A stretch of 64,000 bases of DNA. It comes from an uncultured Alphaproteobacteria bacterium. GTDB lineage: Bacteria; Pseudomonadota; Alphaproteobacteria; RF32; CAG-239. The notes below the pieces were generated by a model. It saw nothing but the letters and a program-made list of their open reading frames with translations. It was not told the origin of the DNA and did no database searches. Both the position numbers and the translations under genes were made by a program. Location of the stretch: positions 6,766 through 70,765 of the forward strand of contig CALXVY010000004.1 of the NCBI GenBank assembly GCA_944392255.1, in the 5' to 3' direction. Below are positions 56,784 to 64,000 of the stretch, piece by piece; position 1 is the first letter of the stretch, and the number at the start of each line of letters is the position of its first letter.

Positions 56784-57053
56784 TTGAGCAAAAAAGCGTG
56801 TATTTTTTTAGGAGCTATTGTTAATACTCGTGGTATTATAGGATGGTTTCCAATTGTTGCCTCTGCCAGCTACACTGTTTTTATGTATATGAGTAAAAAT
56901 AGCCAACATATGCGCTATGCTCTGGTTTCAAATTTACTCTTGTGGTTAGTACATGATATTTATGTTCAGGCTTATCCTTCTGCAATCGCCGATATTACAC
57001 TATCTATCTGGACATCATTGCAAATCGCTAAATATAATAAAACGGCACCATAA
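56784..57053 (+). CDS. YgjV-like inner-membrane protein, C-terminal half only (probably a truncated gene)
   Basis: Resembles the C-terminal half of the ~180-aa YgjV family as I recall it. It starts at TTG directly after an in-frame stop, and no N-terminal half is present. Confidence 0.4.
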   Translation: MSKKACIFLGAIVNTRGIIGWFPIVASASYTVFMYMSKNSQHMRYALVSNLLLWLVHDIYVQAYPSAIADITLSIWTSLQIAKYNKTAP

Positions 57054-57078
57054 AAATGATGCCGTCTGTATTCTCATT

Positions 57079-57351
57079 TTAACAACCGCGAAAACGTCTT
57101 TCGCTTATTGTATTTTTTCTTTCTGTTGGTTGAATTTTTTCTTCATATCCGGCAGAAAGGTGGGCAAACTCGGAATAATAAAATTTCAAAATATCCTCTA
57201 CTCTGCTATGCGGATTAACTGCCAAGGTGATATCATTGAATTGGCATACTACTCCTTTTTGGCTTTGTTGGGCTTTTAAAAGCATTGCTCTTACCACATC
57301 TGCAATATCTTCTCCGCTGCCGACTTCATAAAAAATAATTTGTGTATTCAT
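57079..57351 (-). CDS. Hypothetical protein
   Basis: 90-aa ORF with no family recognised. Confidence 0.4.
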   Translation of the reverse strand: MNTQIIFYEVGSGEDIADVVRAMLLKAQQSQKGVVCQFNDITLAVNPHSRVEDILKFYYSEFAHLSAGYEEKIQPTERKNTISERRFRGC

Positions 57352-57428
57352 GCGCTAACTAAATTTAATAATACAAATAATTTTAATAAATTGCGCATAG
57401 TTTATTAAAATTATTATTTTTCGGCAAC

Positions 57429-59387
57429 TTATTTTTTCTCTGTTTCTGATGTTATTTTTTCTTCCTCTTGTTCGTTTTTACGACCTCGCAAGTTGGCTAA
57501 GAATTGGGCTTCCATTTTCATATATTGCGTCAACAACCAGCGCGATTGGAACAAGACTAAAACCGTACCGCAAAGCATAAGCAAAATCACTTCTACATTT
57601 TCGGTTAAAAAGTGATGCACTACCGTCACGATAAAAAAGCAAATCAGCAAAAGACGAAGACTTGTCATTACGGCTAATGGCAAACGATTGCTCTTTTTGG
57701 CCATCCATAATTTATAATAAATTTTAGCCAAAACACTGTTGGAAACAAAGAAATTACGGACATTTTCAACATTTTCTGACCAACCGCTGAAAAAGTCAAA
57801 CTTATCTTCCAATTTTTTGACCATTCCTTCTTTGCCTTCTCCCTCTGCTTCCGTCACTTCCGCTGCTTTCGGCTTTTTCCAGAAAAAGATATATCTTATT
57901 GTTCCGATGATAAAACTCGGCAAAATTGCCTCCCAACCTATAAGCGCTTTTAAGAATGGCGCCATTAATACCAATGTGATGGTTGTCGTGGTAATGCGTC
58001 CCCATAATCCCGGAAAGAGCGTATGCATAAAGGGTTGAATATAGCTTCCGGAAATGATGATTATAAAATAAAGAATCATTGAAAACAAAATTAAGCGCAA
58101 GAAATAGTTTTTAAATAACTCTCCCCACATTTTTTCTTCTGAAGGTGTGGCACTCGGCGCTTTTTCTGTCTTATTAAAATATTCTGCCAGTTTTACGGGC
58201 ATTATTCCCATTAATTTTTTATAAAATGGATCTGCTGCCTTTATCATCATTGGTGTAAAAAATGTGGTAATTACACACACAGCCACTATAATCGGATAGA
58301 CCTTGGAATCCAAAACGCCTAAACTCATGCCCAATGAGGCGATAATGAAGGCAAACTCACCAACTTGCGCCAGAGAAAAACCTCCGGAAATTGCGGTTTT
58401 TAATGGCTGTCCAGAAACAATAAAACCTAAACAAGATAAGGTTGTGTTTCCAACCATCACAATGGCCGTAATCACTAAAATTGGTTTGGCATATTCAATA
58501 AACAATGCCGGATTAACCATCATACCGACAGACACGAAAAAGACCGCGCCAAAAAAGTCTTTCAATGGCTTGATATTTTTTTCAATCTTATCTATCACAA
58601 TTGTTTCTGATAAAATGGAACCCATTAAAAATGCACCCAAGGCCGAAGAAAAGCCAAATCCGGTGGCTAATAAAACCATGCCAAAACACATGCTGACCGT
58701 AATTAAGAGCAACATTTCATCATTTAAATATTTGCTTATTTTATCTAAAAATGTGGGAACCAGATAGATACCAATGATAAAGCACAAAATTAAAAAGAAA
58801 AACAGCTTTGCGGCACTGATAAGAAGTTGTCCGCCGTCAATGCTGCTGCCAACCGCAACCATTGGTAACATCACCAACATCAAAATACCGACTAAGTCTT
58901 CAACAACCAAAACACCAAAAACCAAATCCGTAAATTTTTGCTTTTTGATATTCAAATCATCAAAAGCTTTAATAATAATGGTGGTTGATGACATTGATAT
59001 CATACTACCCAAGAAGAAGCTGTCCATGGTGGACCAGCCTAAAAGCAAACCGGTACTATATCCGATAAAAAGCATAAACAAGACATTGGAATTGGCGGTT
59101 ATCATGGCAGACTTGCCAACATTCATCATTTTTTTGAAGCTAAATTCCAAACCCAAGCCGAAAAGCAAGAAAATAACCCCGATTTCTCCCCATAAGGTTA
59201 GATTTTCCTTATCACTTACCGTCGGCAAAAAATTAAAATACGGTCCGGCTAAAATTCCGGCCAAAACATAGCCCAAAACTATCGGTTGCTTAAATTTTTT
59301 GCAAAATAATGTCGTCAAACCGGCATAAATTGTGATTAAGGTTAAATCAATAATCAGAGTGTGAATAGAATGCATTAATTTCCTCAA
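57429..59387 (-). CDS. Cation:proton antiporter (CPA2/Kef-like) with an extra C-terminal membrane domain
   Basis: The ~400-aa N-terminal Na+/H+-exchanger-type TM domain is followed by ~250 aa containing further TM helices instead of an RCK/KTN domain. Confidence 0.8.
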   Translation of the reverse strand: MRKLMHSIHTLIIDLTLITIYAGLTTLFCKKFKQPIVLGYVLAGILAGPYFNFLPTVSDKENLTLWGEIGVIFLLFGLGLEFSFKKMMNVGKSAMITANSNVLFMLFIGYSTGLLLGWSTMDSFFLGSMISMSSTTIIIKAFDDLNIKKQKFTDLVFGVLVVEDLVGILMLVMLPMVAVGSSIDGGQLLISAAKLFFFLILCFIIGIYLVPTFLDKISKYLNDEMLLLITVSMCFGMVLLATGFGFSSALGAFLMGSILSETIVIDKIEKNIKPLKDFFGAVFFVSVGMMVNPALFIEYAKPILVITAIVMVGNTTLSCLGFIVSGQPLKTAISGGFSLAQVGEFAFIIASLGMSLGVLDSKVYPIIVAVCVITTFFTPMMIKAADPFYKKLMGIMPVKLAEYFNKTEKAPSATPSEEKMWGELFKNYFLRLILFSMILYFIIIISGSYIQPFMHTLFPGLWGRITTTTITLVLMAPFLKALIGWEAILPSFIIGTIRYIFFWKKPKAAEVTEAEGEGKEGMVKKLEDKFDFFSGWSENVENVRNFFVSNSVLAKIYYKLWMAKKSNRLPLAVMTSLRLLLICFFIVTVVHHFLTENVEVILLMLCGTVLVLFQSRWLLTQYMKMEAQFLANLRGRKNEQEEEKITSETEKK

Positions 59388-59396
59388 AAATATTGG

Positions 59397-60290
59397 TTAT
59401 AATTCTTGCAATAAATCTTTGTAGTAGTTGAGTACGGCTCGGTTTTTGGGAATGTCTTTACTTCCTTGGTGGGTTATCAAGTGTAATGAAACATTGCTCA
59501 AACAAGGAAGATGCTCCAAATAAAACATACCTTCTTGTTTGAAACGCAAGGGCATAATGCCAACACCCAAGCCATTTTTCAAAACTTCATACATATAATA
59601 ACTCACATTAGTTGCAAAATTATTACTTTTTGCTCTTTTTATTAAATTTTTCCATCCTTCTATATATTTTTCATAGCCAATTTTATTTATAATCGTATGC
59701 TTTTCTATCAATTCTTCCAAATTTTGCGGACAACCATATTTTGATATATATTGTGGAGCGGCAAAAAAGCCGAATTCTATTTTCTTAGAACAAATTACGA
59801 CCAAATCTGAATCTGTCGGCAGTATTGGGGAAATGGCAATATCTACATCTGAAAAAGGAAGATTCTTTTGTCCATCTTCATTACGAATGAAATGTAAGAG
59901 TTTTATCTGTGGATACTGCTCATAAAAAGAAACTAAATCTTTGCTTAAAAAAGCTGATGCGGCAATTGATGATATGGATACTCTGACTTCTCCGGAAATT
60001 TCTTTTTTATCTTCCACATTGCTTTTTATATCATCTAAAATATTTTCTATAACTGCCGATTTTTTTAATAATTCTTGTCCGCGCGGTGTTAAAAATGACC
60101 CGCGAACGTTGCTGGATAACACTTTGTAACCTAATTCTTGCTCTAAATTATCTATATATTTATTTAAGGTATCAATTGATACGCCGAACTTTTGCGCGGC
60201 TTGTTTTTTGCCGGCATATTTTTCTATGATTTTGAGATAACATAAGGCTTGCAACAAATTGATGTCTTTAATGTTCAATTCTATCTCCAT
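59397..60290 (-). CDS. LysR-family transcriptional regulator
   Basis: N-terminal HTH (AAQKFGVSIDTLNKYIDNLEQELGYKVL) plus a ~200-aa substrate-binding domain. Divergent from the flavin reductase gene. Confidence 0.75.
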   Translation of the reverse strand: MEIELNIKDINLLQALCYLKIIEKYAGKKQAAQKFGVSIDTLNKYIDNLEQELGYKVLSSNVRGSFLTPRGQELLKKSAVIENILDDIKSNVEDKKEISGEVRVSISSIAASAFLSKDLVSFYEQYPQIKLLHFIRNEDGQKNLPFSDVDIAISPILPTDSDLVVICSKKIEFGFFAAPQYISKYGCPQNLEELIEKHTIINKIGYEKYIEGWKNLIKRAKSNNFATNVSYYMYEVLKNGLGVGIMPLRFKQEGMFYLEHLPCLSNVSLHLITHQGSKDIPKNRAVLNYYKDLLQEL

Positions 60291-60362
60291 CGGCTTGCAT
60301 AATAAATTAGAAAGTATATAATTTACCTTAATTTAATTACCAATAATTGTAAAGGATTTTAA

Positions 60363-61019
60363 ATGACTAAAATTACGTGGAAAGCCGGAACTTTATTGGC
60401 GCCTGTTCCTCCGGCTCTTATTTCTTGCGGAACTCTTGATAAACCTAATGTTATGACAGCAGCGTGGACCGGTATCGTTGCCTCTGATCCGGCCATGACT
60501 TATGTTTCTATCCGTCCATCACGATATTCTCATAAAATTATCAAAGACAGCGGTGAATTTGTGATTAACTTAACCCATCTACCCTTGGTGAAAGCTGCTG
60601 ATTGGTGCGGGGTAAAATCCGGAAAAGACGTTGATAAATTTAAGGAAATGGGTTTAACCGCTGCTCCTTGCTCGCAAATTAAGGCGCCGCAAATTGAAGA
60701 AGCTCCCGTTTCTCTTGAATGCAAAGTCAAAAGCATTACAAATTTTGGTACACATGATATGTTTTTGGCGGAAATTGTTGCCGTTGACGTTGATGACAAA
60801 TACCTTGATGAACAAGGAAAACTTTGGCTCGAAAAAGCTGGTTTAATCGCTTATGTTCATGGCTTTTATTATACACTTGGTCGCAAAATCGGAAAGTTTG
60901 GTTTTTCAGTTGAAAAAAATCCTAAAAAAATCAAGGAAAAAGATTTTGAACCGCAAAAAAAGCAGAAAACACAATCTTCTAAAAAAAGAAATTTCTCTAG
61001 AAATAAAAAAGCCAAGTAA
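60363..61019 (+). CDS. Flavin reductase-like (FMN-binding split-barrel) protein with a Lys-rich tail
   Basis: VMTAAWTGIVASDP...SIRPSRYSHKIIKDSGEFVINL is typical of the flavin reductase domain. Confidence 0.75.
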   Translation: MTKITWKAGTLLAPVPPALISCGTLDKPNVMTAAWTGIVASDPAMTYVSIRPSRYSHKIIKDSGEFVINLTHLPLVKAADWCGVKSGKDVDKFKEMGLTAAPCSQIKAPQIEEAPVSLECKVKSITNFGTHDMFLAEIVAVDVDDKYLDEQGKLWLEKAGLIAYVHGFYYTLGRKIGKFGFSVEKNPKKIKEKDFEPQKKQKTQSSKKRNFSRNKKAK

Positions 61020-61027
61020 TATCTTTG

Positions 61028-61062
61028 AAAAGCCGTAAATTCTTTGGTTTGCGGCTTTTTTC
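61028..61062 (+). terminator. Rho-independent terminator
   Basis: Stem aaagccgtaaa / tttgcggcttt followed by a T-run. Confidence 0.5.
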
Positions 61063-61288
61063 TTATCTATTTTGCCTCGATTCCCTAAATTAAGTCTATT
61101 TTAGGACAAAAAAATGTATTTTTTGATATAATTTTATCTTTTTTTCTTTCGATTCTATTTTAATTTATACCTTTTCAAACCCCGCAGATTTCTTTATGTT
61201 ATTGGAAATTATAGACTTAAAACTTGACAAAATTTTTAAAATTATATACTATGGTATGCGTAATGCAGAAAACTTGGGAGTTTGATAA

Positions 61289-61906
61289 ATGCTTAATTTT
61301 GATGACACTAGAACCAAAGAATTTGAAAAATTATTTTCTCAAAAAGACATTGTCGGTTTGGAAAATTTTATTGAAAAAAATCTTGAATACAAAAAAATTT
61401 ATGACCTATTCAAAGGTCGTTTCTACTTCGACACAAAAGATATCTTCACTTTCAAAATATCTCCTACATATAAAACAGCTGCCCTTATCTCCCTTCTATA
61501 CGAAAAACAAAAATCTTCCTCCTTCTTCTCAACCCCCTCTCCCCAATATAATCTCGAAATATTAATTGCACGTTATGGTGCTGACGGAAATTTTCATCGT
61601 GTTGAACAAATCCGTTATGATTATTCCGATAATATGAAATTTGTTGATTTGGAAGATGATGCCGTGTTGCTTTCTCAAACTGACAATCCTCAGCAGCTTG
61701 TGCGCCGTTTCTTGCGGAATAATGATGAAATGAAATCCATTCCCAAATTGGAATTGCTTGATGCTCAAGAAATTGAATTAAAAAAACAACAACTTATCCT
61801 TATCCGTGATGAATATAAAAATCGTATGGCCGGAAAAGTAAGAGAAAAACAACCTTTACGTCCCAGTTTTATGGCTTTGGAAAATCAATATAAACGCAGT
61901 GTTTAA
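61289..61906 (+). CDS. Hypothetical protein
   Basis: 205-aa ORF followed by a terminator. No family recognised. Confidence 0.5.
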   Translation: MLNFDDTRTKEFEKLFSQKDIVGLENFIEKNLEYKKIYDLFKGRFYFDTKDIFTFKISPTYKTAALISLLYEKQKSSSFFSTPSPQYNLEILIARYGADGNFHRVEQIRYDYSDNMKFVDLEDDAVLLSQTDNPQQLVRRFLRNNDEMKSIPKLELLDAQEIELKKQQLILIRDEYKNRMAGKVREKQPLRPSFMALENQYKRSV

Positions 61907-61907
61907 G

Positions 61908-61936
61908 AAAAGGCGGAGAATTTCTCCGCCTTTTCT
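61908..61936. terminator. Bidirectional rho-independent terminator
   Basis: Stem ggcggaga (61912-61919) / tctccgcc (61923-61930) between convergent genes. Confidence 0.6.
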
Positions 61937-61942
61937 TATACC

Positions 61943-63730
61943 TTAACCAAAAACTTTTTTATCGAGTTTTTCTAGCTCATCAATATATCCGGATATCAGT
62001 TTCAAACCAAAATTCCAGAATTTTGGATCATTGGGATTTAAACCAAATGGTTTTAACAATTTGTCATAATCGGTAATGGCTGTTTTTTCCAACATCTGCA
62101 GATATTTTTTCGGAAAATCTTTAACACTGCCGTCTTGGCTCGACTGATACAACGAATTCACCAAACAATCGGCAAAAGAATAAGCATAAACATAAAATGG
62201 CAAAAAGAAGAAATGTCCAACCTGAAGCCAAATATATGCTGAGTTTTCATCTACATTAACATAAGGACCCAATACATCTTTTTGTACTTCAACCCAGATA
62301 TCGGCTAAACGCTGTTCAGATAATTCTCCCGCTTTTCTTTCTTCATGAGCCTTGCTTTCAAAAAAGTGGAAAGCAATTTGACGGAAAGCCGTATTTATCA
62401 TATCATTTACTTTAGAAGCAATTAAACACAATTTTGTTTTATCGTCTTTAATGCTTCTCAACATAGATTGAAAAGTTATCATTTCTCCGAAAACCGAAGC
62501 AACTTCCTCTGAGGTCATCCGTGAAGTTTCATTCAAATCGCCGTTCTTTTGTCTAAGGCGCATATGACATCCATGGCCAAGCTCATGCGCCAAGGTCAAT
62601 ACATCATTCTGTTTACCAACAAAATTTAATAGCAAATATGGATGCTTAATACTGCTCGTGCCGGCAGCAAAAGCTCCGCTTCTTTTGCCATCTCGAGGAG
62701 GAACATCAATCCAAGCATTTTCAAAAAACGGCAAGGCGGTTTCATATAACTCGGGAGAAAATTCTTTATAAGCGTTTAATACGATTTTAACAGCTTCATC
62801 CCAACTATAATGCAAATCCGCAGAAAAAGGCAAAGGTGCATTTCTGTCCCAATATTCAATTTTATCAACGCCCAACCATTTGGCTTTTAATTTATAAAAA
62901 CGGTGGCTGATATTTTTATAGTTTTCTTTAACTGTTTGAGCCAACGCATCAACAACATCATCGCTGACATTTTCACTCAAATTTCGTTCCGAAACAGGTT
63001 TTTTATAGCCTCTTTTATTATCTTCAATGGCTTTATCTTTGATAACCATATTATAAATAAAGGTAAACAAAGGTGAGTTTTCTTTACTGACGCGATTTAA
63101 CTCTTTGCCTGCTTTTTCACGTACTTTGGCATCTTTATCCTGCAATAGTTTTGAAATTTCGGCATCATTGTATTCTTTGCCGTCTATCGTAAACTTCAAA
63201 CGTGATGATTGTTCTTCATATAAACGCACCCATGCTGAAGATGATGTTACAGATTTTTCTAACAAAACTTGTTCAACTTCTTCGCTCAATTCGTGCTTTT
63301 TAAAGCGCAAGACTCTTTCAAACCATGGCTTATAAAATCCAACCTTTTCATCTTTAAGCCATTCTTTGATTTTTTTATCGGGAAGTTGATTTAGTTCCAA
63401 AGTAAAAAATACTAACGGTTTGGCATATTCGGTTAAATTTTCTGATATATTTTGATAAAAGGCCATGGCTTCGCCGTTTTTCATTTGCGTACACATATTA
63501 AGATATGCAAATTCTCCCAAGATTGTGCCTTTTGTATCAAGATATTCATATTCAACCAAGGCATTATATATTTTTGGGGCATCCATATCCGCCAATTTGC
63601 CTTTATATTTTTTTGCAAAATCTGCCGCTTTTTTCTTATATTCAGCTAAATCTTTTTGAATTTGAGGATCTTTAATCCCTTTATATAAATCGGACAAATC
63701 CCATGACGGAAGTTCATTTTGTTTTTTCAT
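61943..63730 (-). CDS. pepF: M3B oligoendopeptidase F family metallopeptidase
   Basis: Zinc motif HELGHGCH. The ~595 aa length and overall pattern are typical of PepF. Confidence 0.85.
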   Translation of the reverse strand: MKKQNELPSWDLSDLYKGIKDPQIQKDLAEYKKKAADFAKKYKGKLADMDAPKIYNALVEYEYLDTKGTILGEFAYLNMCTQMKNGEAMAFYQNISENLTEYAKPLVFFTLELNQLPDKKIKEWLKDEKVGFYKPWFERVLRFKKHELSEEVEQVLLEKSVTSSSAWVRLYEEQSSRLKFTIDGKEYNDAEISKLLQDKDAKVREKAGKELNRVSKENSPLFTFIYNMVIKDKAIEDNKRGYKKPVSERNLSENVSDDVVDALAQTVKENYKNISHRFYKLKAKWLGVDKIEYWDRNAPLPFSADLHYSWDEAVKIVLNAYKEFSPELYETALPFFENAWIDVPPRDGKRSGAFAAGTSSIKHPYLLLNFVGKQNDVLTLAHELGHGCHMRLRQKNGDLNETSRMTSEEVASVFGEMITFQSMLRSIKDDKTKLCLIASKVNDMINTAFRQIAFHFFESKAHEERKAGELSEQRLADIWVEVQKDVLGPYVNVDENSAYIWLQVGHFFFLPFYVYAYSFADCLVNSLYQSSQDGSVKDFPKKYLQMLEKTAITDYDKLLKPFGLNPNDPKFWNFGLKLISGYIDELEKLDKKVFG

Positions 63731-63953
63731 CTTGCTTTTCCTCTTTTTGTTTAGCTAATTTTTTATCTAATTCTTGGCTCATTTTAATTAAATTTTGCAT
63801 ATCCCATTCCGGAGTTATGCCTTTGGCTTTGTATTCAGCATAAAATTCGTCATTTTTATCCGTTGAAACGGAAATTTGCGGCTCATAAATATAATTACTC
63901 CATGGTCTGGCTTGTTTTCCCTGCCACCAATCTTTCCATCCTTTTCCTATCAC
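63714..63953 (-). CDS. Small hypothetical protein overlapping the pepF start
   Basis: 79-aa ORF whose 3' end overlaps pepF by 17 nt. No family recognised. Confidence 0.3.
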   Translation of the reverse strand: MIGKGWKDWWQGKQARPWSNYIYEPQISVSTDKNDEFYAEYKAKGITPEWDMQNLIKMSQELDKKLAKQKEEKQDEKTK

Positions 63954-64000
63954 CTTTATATTGCACCAACTATTGCCTAAAATATGTTTTATTCCGCAGC

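Noticed and set aside
57478-59271. Several long antisense or alternate-frame ORFs within the antiporter gene (for example 58303..58767 and 58774..59271)
   Set aside because: Their products are K/P/T-rich low-complexity artefacts of translating a membrane-protein gene on the opposite strand.
60940-61019. The Lys-rich tail of the flavin reductase as a sign of a frameshift or fusion
   Set aside because: The tail is in frame and is followed by a clean terminator. Basic low-complexity tails are common in AT-rich genomes, and there is no evidence of disruption.

Overview
AT-rich window (roughly one-third G+C by eye). The housekeeping proteins (Tkt, Fba, Rpe, Tgt, PhoB, Der, BamB, PssA/Psd) look alphaproteobacterial, possibly from a low-GC symbiont lineage; that placement is inference only. 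Layout: (1) 1-24.8 kb is core genome: virB8-like fragment, LOG, tgt, phoB, rpe, fba, tkt, an RNA methyltransferase, a PAS-GGDEF cyclase, yfgM-bamB-der, an Mla/MCE-type ABC transporter operon, a MATE pump and pssA-psd. (2) 24.85-46.57 kb is a ~21.7 kb integrative island in tRNA-Leu(UAA), bounded by a perfect 62-bp direct repeat. It carries an integration/replication backbone: a frameshifted tyrosine integrase, an AlpA-like gene, a Toprim/DUF3631 primase, DUF3768 and a second short recombinase. It also carries a complete but rearranged type II-C CRISPR-Cas locus: cas9-cas2 on the minus strand converge on a 6-repeat array, while cas1, an extra 84-aa gene, the array and the tracrRNA are on the plus strand. 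A cluster of candidate defence cassettes sits alongside: a BrxR/CapW-like WYL regulator heading a PD-(D/E)xK operon, a beta-CASP MBL-fold nuclease, and an XRE / double-AAA+ ATPase / PD-(D/E)xK cassette that I cannot match to any named defence system. (3) 46.6-57 kb is decayed DNA (integrase remnant, catalytically dead resolvase-like regulator) followed by a very AT-rich surface-polysaccharide locus (ugd, epimerase, GT8 x2, GT2 x2, DUF1796 modules, one split at an A7 tract). (4) 57-64 kb is core genes again (cation/proton antiporter, LysR, flavin reductase, PepF). The best novelty candidates are the AAA+/nuclease cassette and its neighbours, the atypical Cas9 locus with its unassigned small gene, repeats that each contain a full sigma70-like promoter, and a dyad-symmetric motif array upstream of cas1. 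All calls come from reading the ORF translations and sequence by eye; no database search was run.
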